From: Octopus sinensis
Lineage: Eukaryota
Assembly: GCF_006345805.1 (NCBI RefSeq)
Contig: NC_043023.1
Coordinates: 12,400,001 to 12,464,000, forward strand
Direction: 5' to 3'
Length of the DNA: 64,000 nt
Each line of letters opens with the position of its first letter. Within the stretch, counting starts at the first letter, position 1. The notes under the pieces were generated by a model. The model was not told the DNA's origin. It saw only the letters and a program-made list of their open reading frames with translations, and made no database searches. The translations under genes were made by a program, and so were the position numbers. This document shows, one piece after another, positions 52,440 to 64,000 of this stretch.

Positions 52440-53840
52440 TTTCTTTATTGCCCACAAGGGGCTAAATATAGAGGGGACAAACAAGAACAGACAAAGGGAT
52501 TAAGTTGATTATATCGACACCAGTGCGTAACTGGTACTTCATTTATCGACCCGAAAGGATGAAAGGTAAAGTCGACCTCAGCAGAATTTGAATATGTTTT
52601 ATATATATCATCATCATCATCATCATTTAATGTCTCTCTTCCATGCTAGCATGTGTTGACCAGACTGCACCAAACATGACCATCACCTTTGGCAGGGTTT
52701 CTACAGCTGGGCACCCTTCCTAATGTATTTCCTTACTGCCCACAAGGGGCTAAACATAGAGGGGGACAAACAAGGATAGACAAAGAGATTAAGTCGATTA
52801 CATTGACCCCAGTGGGAAACCGGTACTTTATTTATCGACCCCGAAAGGATGAAAGGTAAAGTCGACCTCAGTGGAATTTGAACTCAGAACATAACGGCAG
52901 ACGAAATACTGCTAAGCATTTCACCCGGCGTGCTAACGTTTCTGCCAGCTCGCCGCCTTGTATTAATAAGAAATATTTATTTCTTTACTACACACAAGGG
53001 GCTAAACACAGAGGGGACAGGCAAAGGGATTAAGTTGATTACATCGATGCCAGTGCGTAACTGGTACTTAATTTATGGACCCCAAGAGGATGAAATGCAA
53101 AGTCGACCTCGGCGGAATTTGAACTCAGAACGTAGCGGCAGACGAAATACCTATTTCTTTACTGCCCACAAGGGGCTAAACATAGAGGGGCAAACAAAGA
53201 CAGACAAACGGATTAAGTCGGTTACTCTTTACTCTTTTACTTGTTTCAGTCATTTGACTGCGGCCATGCTGGAGCACCACCTTTAATCGAGCAACTCGAC
53301 CCCGGGACTTATTCTTTTGTAAGCCCAGTACTTATTCTATCGGTCTCTTTTGCTGAACCGCTAAGTTATGTCAATCCCAGTGCATAACTGGTACTTAATT
53401 TATCGACCCCGAGAGGATGAAATGCAAAGTCGACCTCGGCGGAATTTGAACTCAGAACGTAGCGGCAGACGAAATACCTATTTCTTCACTGCCCACAAGG
53501 GGCTAAACATAGAGGGGACAAACGGATTAAGTCGGTTACTCTTTACTCTTTTACTTGTTTCAGTCGTTTGACTGCGGCCATGCTGGAGCACCACCTTTAA
53601 TCGAGCAACTCGACCCCGGGACTTATTCTTTTGTAAGCCCAGTACTTATTCTATCGGTCTCTTTTGCCGAACCGCTAAGTTATGTCAATCCCAGTGCATA
53701 ACTGGTACTTAATTTATCGACCCTGAGAGGATGAAAGGCAAAGTCGACCTCGGCAGAATTTGAACTCAGAACGTAACGACAAACGAAATACGGCTACACA
53801 TTTCGCCCGGCATGCTAACGATTCTGCCAGCTCACCGCCT
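52440..53840 (-). mobile_element. Cluster of SINE B copies with SINE A and C fragments
   Basis: Repeated CGAAAGGATGAAAGGCAAAGTCGACCTCGGCGGAATTTGAACTC cores and a ~310-bp local duplication. Confidence 0.8.
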
Positions 53841-53908
53841 TCCTAATGCCAACCGCTTTACAGAGTGGAGTGGGGATGCTTTTTACATGGCAACAGCACA
53901 TACATATA

Positions 53909-54268
53909 TCTCTCTATATATAAACGGCAGTTTGTCTGTGTGTCTGTTAGGTTGTACCCTCACCCTGACCATGGCTTTCAACCGATTCTGATGAAACTTG
54001 ACACACACATAGCCCAATGTCATAATTCAAAACTAATGCAGCGAAAATTTTGAAAAGTTCCCCCAGTTCTGAAAAAGATCCATAAATTCGACATGGGGTC
54101 GAGAATCAGAAACACAAACCACAGACTGTCTAGGGGACGCAGCTTGACCTTTTTAACTAAAAAAAAAATTTACCATCATTTTTTTTCCATTTTTTTGCTA
54201 TAACTCTCTAAAAATGCTTTATAGTTATTTCCCTTACAAACCCAAGAAACGCCGGGCGATACTGCTAG
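53909..54268 (+). mobile_element. Non-autonomous Helitron
   Basis: 5' TCTCTCTATATATAAA, 3' GC-rich hairpin-like CCCAAGAAACGCCGGG then CTAG, inserted between A and T with no TSD. Confidence 0.75.
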
Positions 54269-54397
54269 TACTTAAATAAATATACATGGGTATGTGTGTG
54301 TGCTTTTGTCGTCTAGACATTGTTTGACGCTTGTAAATGATTGTCACCATCATGAAAGAAATATTTCTATACTTCGTATAGAGATAGAGGAATCTCT

Positions 54398-55131
54398 GGA
54401 TGGAAGCACTCCGTCGGTTACGACGACGAGGGTTCCGGTTGATCCGAATCAACGGAACAGCCTGCTCGTGAAATTAGCGTGTAAGTGGCTGAGCACTCCA
54501 CAGACACGTGTACCCTTAACGTAGTTCTCGGGGATATTCAGCATGACACAGAGAGTGACAAGGCCGCCCCCTTGAAATGGATGGAAGCACTCCGTCGGTT
54601 ACGACGACGAGGTTCCGGTTGATCCGAATCAACGGAACAGCCTGCTCGTGAAATTAGCGTGTAAGTGGCTGAGCACTCCACAGACACGTGTACCCTTAAC
54701 GTAGTTCTCGGGGATATTCAGCATGACACAGAGAGTGACAAGGCCGCCCCCTTGAAATGGATGGAAGCACTCCGTCGGTTACGACGACGAGGTTCCGGTT
54801 GATCCGAATCAACGGAACAGCCTGCTCGTGAAATTAACGTGTAAGTGGCTGAGCACTCCACAGACACGTGTACCCTTAACGTAGTTCTCGGGGATATTCA
54901 GTGTGACACAGAGAGTGACAAGGCCGGCCCCTTGAAATACAGGTACAACAGAAACAGGAAGTAAGAGTGAGAGAAAGTTGTGGTGAAAGAGTAAAGCAGG
55001 GATCACCACCATCCCCTGCCGGAGCCTCCTAGAGATTTAGGTGTTTTCGCTCAATAAACACTCACAGCGCCCGGTCTGGGAATCGAAACCGCGAGTCCGC
55101 TGCCCTAACCACTGGGCCTTTGCGCCTCCAC
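54398..55131 (-). mobile_element. SINE with family D head and triplicated ~180-bp 3' part
   Basis: 10-bp TSD AGGAATCTCT (54388-97 / 55132-41). TGGATGGAAGCACTCC occurs three times. Confidence 0.85.
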
Positions 55132-55313
55132 AGGAATCTCTACTGTGTGGGTGAAAGCCCCGAATGCTTGTATGGTGCTAACAGACCACCTTTCGACAGG
55201 AACTTCACCGCGGGCTACCTTGTGAGCTGGTCTTTTGCCCTAAAAACCTTTAACTGATTGAAGCGGAATAAACAACATACTGATACACTTTTTTTTGCCT
55301 GTTTATTTTTATG

Positions 55314-57302
55314 GGATCTTTTCGGTTTCAATGGCAGTTTTTTAAAATAATTCCACTTAACTAAACACTTTTAAACGTCGTATACTGGTAAAATGTGTGA
55401 AGAAAAAGCGATACCCTTCCCCCTAACCCTAACGGATCTTTTCGGTTTGAACGGCAGTTTTTTAAAATAATTTCCACGTAACTAAACACTTTTAAACTTC
55501 AAATACTGGTAGAATGTGTTTATAAAACATCTTTTTCTCTTGGCTTTATTGAAAAAATTCTATAGTTTGTAAGATATTTGGGTCTTTTCGGTTTGAACGG
55601 CAGTTTTTTAAAATAATTTCCACGTAACTAAACACTTTTAAACTTCAAATACTGGTAGAATGTGTTTATAAAACATCTTTTTCTCTTGGCTTTATTGAGA
55701 AAATTCTATAGTTTGTAAGATATTTGGGTCTTTTCGGTTTGAACGGCAGTTTTTTAAAATAATTTCCACGTAACTAAACACTTTTAAACTTCGTATACTG
55801 GTAGAATGTGTTTATAAAACATCTTTTTCTCTTGGCTTTATTGAGAAAATTCTATAGTTTGTATGATATTTGGGTCTTTTCGGTTTGAACGGCAGTTTTT
55901 TAAAATAATTTCCACGTAACTAAACACTTTTAAACTTCGTATACTGGTAGAATGTGTTTATAAAACATCTTTTTCTCTTGGCTTTATTGAGAAAATTCTA
56001 TAGTTTGTAAGATATTTGGGTCTTTTCGGTTTGAACGGCAGTTTTTTAAAATAATTTCCACGTAACTAAACACTTTTAAACTTCAAATACTGGTAGAATG
56101 TGTTTATAAAACATCTTTTTCTCTTGGCTTTATTGAGAAAATTCTATAGTTTGTAAGATATTTGGATCTTTTCGGTTTGAACGGCAGTTTTTTAAAATAA
56201 TTTCCACGTAACTAAACACTTTTAAACTTCGTATACTGGTAGAATGTGTTTATAAAACATCTTTTTCTCTTGGCTTTATTGAGAAAATTCTATAGTTTGT
56301 AAGATATTTGGATCATTTCGGTTTGAACGGCAGTTTTTTAAAATAATTTCCACGTAACTAAACACTTTTAAACTTAGTATACTGGTAGAATGTGTTTATA
56401 AAACATCTTTTTCTCTTGGCTTTATTGAGAAAATTCTATAGTTTGTAAGATATTTGGGTCTTTTCGGTTTGAACGGCAGTTTTTTAAAATAATTTCCACG
56501 TAACTAAACACTTTTAAACTTCGTATACTGGTAGAATGTGTTTATAAAACATCTTTTTCTCTTGGCTTTATTGAGAAAATTCTATAGTTTGTAAGATATT
56601 TGGGTCTTTTCGGTTTGAACGGCAGTTTTTAAAATAATTTCCACGTAACTAAACACTTTTAAACTTCGTATACTGGTAGAATGTGTTTATAAAACATCTT
56701 TTTCTCTTGGCTTTATTGAGAAAATTCTATAGTTTGTAAGATATTTGGATCTTTTCGGTTTGAACGGCAGTTTTTTAAAATAATTTCCACGTAACTAAAC
56801 ACTTTTAAACTTCGTATACTGGTAGAATGTGTTTATAAAACATCTTTTTCTCTTGGCTTTATTGAGAAAATTCTATAGTTTGTAAGATATTTGGGTCTTT
56901 TCGGTTTGAACGGCAGTTTTTTAAAATAATTTCCACGTAACTAAACACTTTTAAACTTCGTATACTGGTAGAATGTGTTTATAAAACATCTTTTTCTCTT
57001 GGCTTTATTGAGAAAATTCTATAGTTTGTAAGATATTTGTTTTGTTTTTTTTTCCTGCAATTTCAACCAATCAATGACGTCTATTGAGGTAAAAAAAAAA
57101 AATTCTGTGCCGTATGAATATGTCCCTCGTTTAAGAAACAGATTGGGTTTATTTACATTTGTGAAGAAAAAAAGATACCCTTCCCCCCACCCACTAACCC
57201 TAAAACATTGAAATGCAATAGATCGATACTAGGGTCATAATTATGGGTGACAATTTCATATGACACCGCTAGAAAAAACTGCCGTTCAAACCGAAAACAT
57301 CC
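55314..57302 (+). mobile_element. GGATCT-family MITE expanded by 11 x 146-bp left-arm repeats
   Basis: Unit marker at 55443, 55589, 55735, 55881, 56027, 56173, 56319, 56465, 56611, 56756 and 56902, followed by a single body and the right TIR. Confidence 0.95.
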
Positions 57303-57399
57303 AAAGGCCGGTCCCGTGACGCAAGGTAGATCTCCAAGCGAACCTTGCTATCACTCTCAACTGAATTGACAATTACGAAACTGAGGAGAGGAATAGTGG

Positions 57400-57836
57400 T
57401 TGTGAGATTATTACCGTTCTTGCGCGTGCAGGAACGGTAATATCCAGAACGGAAGTCACAAATCGACCGGAAGTGGAAACATTACCACTTCAGAACGTCA
57501 CAGGTCGAAGATACCACCTTCGTTGAGGGGTCTGCAACGAGGTGAAATCGTGTGCTGGAAGAAGTAGTAGAGGTGGTAGAGAAGAAATATTTGAGTTTAC
57601 TTGGTTACAATAATCTGCTAAGGATTCTGAAAACCTCGAAGAGGAAATTATTAACGAAAAGAGACAAAGAAAAACCAGGGAACGAATCTAGCCGATCAGT
57701 AGTGCCATCTCTTGGAGAATCGATGAAATACAGTCATATCAAGGGAAACAACTTTTACAGCAATATCATCCTCGGTCCAATTAAATTATTAATTACTGCT
57801 TCACTGACTCGTTGCTTATTTGTGAATACGGTAAGT
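57400..57836 (+). promoter_or_regulatory. Putative promoter and first exon of ZNF-8
   Basis: Two ETS-like motifs (ACGGAAGT, CCGGAAGT, ~57449-57475), CTCF-like TAGTGCCATCTCTTGG at 57700-57715 and donor at 57831. Confidence 0.6.
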
Positions 57837-57845
57837 TGATAAAGA

Positions 57846-58610
57846 TTTACTTTAAGGCTGTAATAGTGATGATACTACTACTACTAATACTAATGTGAAT
57901 AATAGAATTCTGTGAAGCTCTCGACGTTACAGTAATTATTTTTGGAAGCGGGAACCTGACAACAATTAAGAAAATATATTTGCTCGTCTTAATTAATAAT
58001 TTCCAAACTGAAATGTTGATCTGTTGTTTATAAAAACCTATGATCGACTCTTTCATGTCATATAAAGGATATTAATTTATAAAATGAGAGTAATGTGGAA
58101 TAATTAATTAGCAGAATGAGAAGAAACCGATTGAAGAATACCACATTAATTAACGTTGTCCCGTTGTTAATGAGGCATTGATAAAACGGTAAGTTGAGAA
58201 AGATTTACTTTAAGACTGTAATGGTAATAATAATAATGTAAATGATAGAATTATGTGAACCTCTCGATGTTAGAGTAATTATTTTTCGAAGCGGGAACCT
58301 GACAATAATTAAGAAAATATATTTCTTCGACTTAATTAATACCTTTGAAGCTGAAATGTTGATTTGTTGTTTATAAAATACAATGACCGACTGTTACATG
58401 TGATAGAACTGAAATTAATTGGTAAAATGATAATAAAACAGCGTAATTAATTAGTAGAATGTGAGGAGTCCGATTGAAGAATTCCACATTAATATATGTT
58501 ATCCTGTTGTTTATGAGACATTGATAAAACGGTAAGTTGATAAAGATTTATTTTAAGGCTGTATTGGTGATAATAATAATGTAATATTAGGGTTATGTGA
58601 ACCTCTCTAT
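57846..58610 (+). repeat. ~350-bp tandem units each ending in an extra splice-donor consensus
   Basis: AAAACG|GTAAGTTG at ~58189 and ~58532. Homologous units lie at 6800-7490, 31248-31925 and 40960-41750. Confidence 0.75.
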
Positions 58611-58844
58611 GTGTGTTTGTCCCCCTAGCATTGCTTGACAACCGATGCTGGTGTGTTTACGTCGCCGTAACTTAGCTGTTCGGCAAAAGACACCGATAGA
58701 ATAAGTACTGGGCTTACAAAAGAATAGGTGGTGCTCCAGCATTGCCACGGTCAAATGACTGAAACGAAAACGTAACGCGGGGAAAATATATTCTGAAATG
58801 AAATGTTGATCTGTTGTTTATGAAAACCACTGATATACTCTTTA

Positions 58845-59232
58845 CTCTCTTTTACTTGTTCCAGTCATTCGACTGCGGCCATGCTGGAGCACCGCCTTTA
58901 GTCGAGCAAATCGACCCCACGACTTATTCTTTGTAAGCCCAGTACTTATTCTATCGGGCTCTCTTGCCGAACCGCTAAGTGATGCGGACGTAAACACACC
59001 AGCATCGGTTGTCAAGCAATGTTAGGGGGACAAACACACATACACATATATACATATACACACACATATATACGACAGGCTTCTTTCAGTTTCCGTCTAC
59101 CAAATCCACTCACAAGGCTTTGGTTGGCCCGAGGCTATAGCAGAAGACACTTGCCCAAGGTGCCACGCAGTGGGACTGAACCTGGAACCGTGTGGTTAGT
59201 TAGCAAGCTACTTACCACGCAGCCACTCCTAC
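58845..59232 (-). mobile_element. SINE family A
   Basis: Reverse-complement copy. Confidence 0.9.
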
Positions 59233-59373
59233 TTTTATTTTATATTAATAATAGTTATTTTGGCCCAAGGACAGCCCTTTTTGAGGGGAGCGAAAGGTCG
59301 ATTAAATGAAACCAGGTATTTCCTGAAAGAGAAATGAATGATGGCGCAGGAGTGGCTGTGTGGTAAGTAGCTT

Positions 59374-59753
59374 ACGAAAGGCATAGTGACAGGTACCTTT
59401 GTATCCGGCCAGGGGTTGGTTAACATTTTCAGTTACCACCTTGGTAGTAAGATCAGGCTGGAGAAGAGGTGTCTGTCACGAGATATGTTTGCGAAAAGAT
59501 GGAAGTCTGTAGCATGCAAGCTGGGTATATCTGGCACCAGGTAAGTGTGGCCGGATCAAGAAGTAAAGGTTCTACCCGGATGGCCGGGATCCGTGCCCTA
59601 CTGTATAATACCTAATTTTAAAAACTTTTTATTGTAAATATTATATATATTTTATTGTAATCACCAACGTTTTAAGCTACTACACCCTATATGTTTGTCT
59701 GTATTTGTATGTCTCCTCTATGTAACGCCTTAATGGCGAATTTTCATGAAATA
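59374..59753 (+). mobile_element. 5'-truncated Tx1-like LINE 3' end inserted in SINE A
   Basis: TSD AAGTAGCTT (59365-73 / 59754-62). Open frame 59374-59544 reads ...YHLGSKIRLEKRCLSRDMFAKRWKSV...*, resembling a Tx1 ORF2 C-terminus, followed by a 3' UTR ending AAATAA. Confidence 0.75.
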
Positions 59754-60668
59754 AAGTAGCTTGTTTACCAACCACATGGTTCCGGGTTCAGTCCCACTGT
59801 GTGGCACCTTGGGTAAGTGTCTTCTGCTATAGCCCCGGGCCGACCAATGCCTTGTGAGTGGATTTGGTAGACGGAAACTGAAAGAAGCCCATCATATGTA
59901 TATATATATATATATATAGGTGTAGGAGCGGCTGTGTGGTAAGTAGCTTGGTTACCAACCACATGGTTCCAGGTTCAGTCCCACTGCGTGGCACCTTGGG
60001 TAAGTGTCTTCTGCTATAGCCCCGGGCAGACCAAAGCCTTGTGAGTGGATTTGGTAGACGGAAACTGAAAGAAGCCCATCATATGTATATATATATATAT
60101 ATAGGTGTAGGAGCGGCTGTGTGGTAAGTAGCTTGGTTACCAACCACATGGTTTCAGGTTCAGTCCCACTGCGTGGCACCTTGGGTAAGTGTCTTCTACT
60201 ATAGCCCCGGGCCGACCAAAGCCTTGTGAGTGGATTTGGTAGACGGAAACTGAAAGAAGCCCATCATATGTATATATATATATATATAGGTGTAGGAGCG
60301 GCTGTGTGGTAAGTAGCTTGGTTACCAACCACATGGTTCCAGGTTCAGTCCCACTGCGTGGCACCTTGGGTAAGTGTCTTCTACTATAGCCCCGGGCCGA
60401 CCAAAGCCTTGTGAGTGGATTTGGTAGACGGAAACTGAAAGAAGCCTGTCATATATATATATATATATATGCTTGTGTGTGTTTGTCCCCCTAGCATTGC
60501 TTGACAACCGATGCTGGTGTGTTTATGTCCCCGTTATCTAGCGGTTCGGCAAAAGAGACCGATAGAATAAGTACTGGGCTTACAAAGAATAAGTCCCGGT
60601 GTCGAGTTGCTCGATTAAAAGCTGTGCTCCAGCATGGTCGCAGTTAAATGACTGAAACAAGTAAAAGC
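59754..60668 (+). repeat. SINE family A with four tandem 185-bp head units
   Basis: Period 185 (ORF ends 59952, 60137, 60322) with (TA)n junctions. Confidence 0.9.
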
Positions 60669-60764
60669 GATGAGCCAGTCTTTCAATGCCTCAGGGAACT
60701 ACGACGTATGCGAACATAGACATTAAATGGATGACAGTGTTGATGTTGTAAGATTTGAAATGTT

Positions 60765-61315
60765 GGGCAAAATGCTTAGCGGTATTTAGTCTGGCGCAAC
60801 GTTGTGTGTTCAAATTCCGCCGAGGTCGACTTTGCCTTTCATCCTTTCGGGGTCGATAAATTAAGTACCAGTTACGCACTGGGGTTGATGTAATCGACTT
60901 AATCCGTTTGTCTCTCCTTGTTTGTCCCCTCTGTGTTTAGCCCCTTGTGAGTAGTAAAGAAATAGGTATTTCGTCTGTCTTCATGTTCTGAATTCAAATT
61001 CCGCCGAAGTCGACTTTGCCTTTCATCCTTTCAGGGTCGATAAATTAAGTACCAGTTACGTACTGGGGTCGATGTAATCGACTTAATCCGTTTGTCTCTC
61101 CTTGTTTGTCCCCTCTGTGTTTAGCCCCTTGTGGGTAGTAAAGAAATAGATATTTCGTCTGTCTTTATGTTCTGAGTTCAAATTCCGTCAAGGTCGACTT
61201 TGCCTGTCATCCTTTCGGGGTCGATAAATTGAATACCATTTATATACTGGGGTCGATCTAATTGCCTGGCCCCTCCCCACAAATTCTGGCCTTGCGCCTA
61301 GAGTAGAAAAGAATA
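60765..61315 (+). mobile_element. Tandem SINE B units (three cores)
   Basis: GTCGACTTTGCCTTTCATCCTTTC repeated with a ~185-bp period. Confidence 0.8.
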
Positions 61316-61671
61316 TTTGCAATGTTGAATCACTGTATCTTTTAACTATCCTCTTTATCTTAGTGTTTCTTTTTCTATTTCAGAATATCACATCGTGTTG
61401 TCATAAAAGAAATTACTTCATTCAGATGTGCCTTTGATATTTTTATCAACTTTCATCAACTAAAGGAAGACGATATATTTATAAGGAGCATTCATCTATA
61501 CATCTACCTTTTCATATAAATAACATCTATGACAAACAACAGTGAAATATTTCTCTTGGTGCTGGTGCTACATCAAAAGCATTTCACCCAGAATGCTAAC
61601 ATAGATGATTGCTTTACAAGCTTGGATAACTTTAAGAAGGAGTTGACAGTTTTCACCTGCTGATTTAGATA

Positions 61672-62135
61672 TTAACCCTTTCATGACCAACCCGCCTGAA
61701 ACTGGATCTGGATCTCACTTCAAATGTCTTGTTTTCATGAGTTTTGAATTAAAATCATCCACAATTTATGTTCCTAAAACTAACTGAATGATAACTAAGT
61801 TACTTTACTAAATTCTTTGTTATATTTAAAGTAATTGAAAGAAACACAGAGCTTCTCAACAGAAATATGGTAATAAAAGGGTTAAAATATATAATAGAGA
61901 AACAATTCTTAACCCTTTTGATACAACCCGGCTGAAACCACCTCTGGCTCTGTGTACAAACGTCTTGTTTTCATAAGTTTTTAATTAAAATCTTCCACCA
62001 AACCTTAGTCACAATTTATGTTCCTAACACTAGCTGAATGATAACTAAGTTATTTTACTAAATTCTTTGTTATATTTAAAGTAATTGAAAGAAACACAGA
62101 ACATCATAAAAGAAATATGGTAACAAAAGGGTCAA
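61672..62135 (+). mobile_element. Dimer of piggyBac-like MITEs
   Basis: Inserted at the TTAA of the conserved leader (GATATTAATTAAGATC). The spacer 61886-61908 is the exact reverse complement of 45051-45073. Confidence 0.8.
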
Positions 62136-62279
62136 ATAAGATCACAGATGAAAGAAACATAACATTAAATTATTCTCTAAAAATAGTGACTCAGTTGAAC
62201 TCAAACATATTCATAGAAATGAAAAGAACATTACCATTGTGATGATATGTATGAAAAATTATTCTCTCAGAATGAATCA

Positions 62280-62513
62280 TTAACCCTTTAGCATTTAAAC
62301 CGGCCATATCCGGCCAAAAGTATTCTACCTGTTTTATATTCAAACTGGCCAGATCTGGTCTCTCACACCAATCCTACAATATCGTTTCAAAAATTAACAT
62401 CTGCCTCATCAAATTTTCATAGTATAGTTACAAGATAATGCATGATTAGTTCAAAACAATGTGGATTAAAAAGTATTAATCTTGGTAGAATAATGCGAAC
62501 ACTAAAGGGTTAA
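62280..62513. mobile_element. Second piggyBac-like MITE family
   Basis: TTAA-CCCTTTAG...CTAAAGGG-TTAA within the ZNF-8 N-terminal coding remnant. Confidence 0.8.
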
Positions 62514-62622
62514 ACTAAACCTAAAAACCCTGATACAAGAGAGAAACCATATTCCTTTGCTGTCTTTGGAAAATCATTCGCGAAGGAGTGAATTGACTAA
62601 TCACAAAAGTACACATACCTGA

Positions 62623-62721
<99 letters not shown>

Positions 62722-63399
62722 TGATATACGTGATAAGTTGTTTTCTGTGATAAAGAACAATTTCACTCAACACAAACAGCACAAGCCTCACACTACACGA
62801 TCACATATACACACATGGCAGTAAATCCTCCTGCCGAATTCCATCACAAAGCTTCGGTCGGCTCGGGGCTATAGTGGAAGACACCTACCCAAAGTGCCAC
62901 ATAACAGTGGGACTGAACCCGAAACCATGTAGCTAGGAAGCAAGCTCCCTAACCACACAGCCATGCCCGTAAAAGTACCACGTAAAAGGCTCTGGTGCTG
63001 GTACCACATAAAAGGCTCTGGTGATATCTCAACTGGTACAAAGTCACACCCATTCAATATTACTTTCCTCCTTCACAGTTGTAGGTATTTTTGTCTGGCA
63101 AAGAACATGGTAACTCTGCTGGTGCTACATCAAAAGCATTTCACCCGGCATGCTAACGTTTCTGCCAGCTCGCCGCCTTTGACTCTTCTATTCTTGCTAC
63201 TTGTCCTCTCGTTCATGGCAGTGGCCTTTTATGACAAGTGATTTGATGCTTTGACCGCTGGATTTTTCCAGGACTTTGTCGTTGGTCTAGTCGTATTCCC
63301 ATTTCATGTTCAAGATCGAATGATTCTTTTGTATCCCTGATCCAAACACTGACATCTGAGAGACTGTGCCATCGTACAGGATGGAGAAATCTTTCTCTC

Positions 63400-63795
63400 T
63401 TTCTCTTTTTTACTTGTTTCAGTCGTTTGACTGCGGCCATGCTGGAGCACCGCCTTTAGTCGAGCAGCTCGAACCCTGGACTTATTCTTTGTAACCCAGT
63501 ACTTATTCTATCGTCTCTCTCTTTTCCGAACTGCTAAGTGACGGGACATAAACACACCAGCATTGGTTGCCAAGCAATGCTAGGGGACAAACACAACACA
63601 CACACCCATACATATATATATTATACATATACGATGGGCTTCTTTCAGTTTCTGTCTACCAGATCCACTCACAAGGCTTTGGTCAGCCCGAGGCTATAGT
63701 AGAAGACACTTGCCCAAGGTACCACGCAATGAGACTGAACCCGGAACCATGTGGTTGGTAAGCAAGCTACTTACCACACAGCCACTCCTGCGCCT
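63400..63795 (-). mobile_element. SINE family A
   Basis: Full reverse-complement copy. Confidence 0.9.
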
Positions 63796-64000
63796 ATGTG
63801 TTTCTATTGTTACTTGTTTTCTTACTCTATGTTGAGACACTGACTCCTCTATACCTGAGATATCTCAACTGGTATAAAATCACACCCCTTCAATACTACT
63901 TTCTTCCCTCACAGTTGTGGGGATTTTTGTCTTGCAAGGAACACGGTAACCCTGTTGGTGCTGGTGCTACATGCAAAGCACTGGTGCTGTTGCCTAATAT

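Noticed and set aside
55434-57040. CRISPR-like regular arrays (146-bp and 63/64-bp periods)
   Set aside because: Units are near-identical with no unique spacers, there are no cas genes and the context is eukaryotic. They are TE-derived tandem repeats.

Overview
AT-rich, repeat-dense animal genomic DNA, most consistent with a coleoid cephalopod (octopus) C2H2 zinc-finger gene cluster. The species assignment is an inference from the SINE families and the KRAB-less [15 protein letters not shown] arrays. Eight paralogous ZNF loci lie in both orientations: ZNF-1 (-, runs off the left edge), ZNF-2 (-, premature stop), ZNF-3 (+), ZNF-4 (+), ZNF-5 (-), ZNF-6 (+), ZNF-7 (+) and ZNF-8 (+, pseudogene). 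They share an inferred architecture: a non-coding first exon, usually with a CTCF-like motif, ending in a G|GTAAGT donor, then a TE-filled intron, a conserved acceptor, a ~400-nt leader and a single coding exon. The rest is transposable elements: at least four SINE families, RTE/BovB-like LINE fragments, Merlin-like MITEs with 8-bp TSDs (one expanded into 146-bp satellites), piggyBac-like TTAA MITEs, a Helitron and a mariner fragment. The best candidate new system is two different Tx1-like non-LTR retroelements inserted at the same nucleotide of a tRNA-derived SINE, sharing a covarying 3' stem-loop. Also notable are combinatorial head/tail swapping between inverted ZNF genes and the per-gene CTCF module. 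Most short ORFs in the supplied track are antisense or repeat artefacts. All family assignments are by eye, with no database searches.
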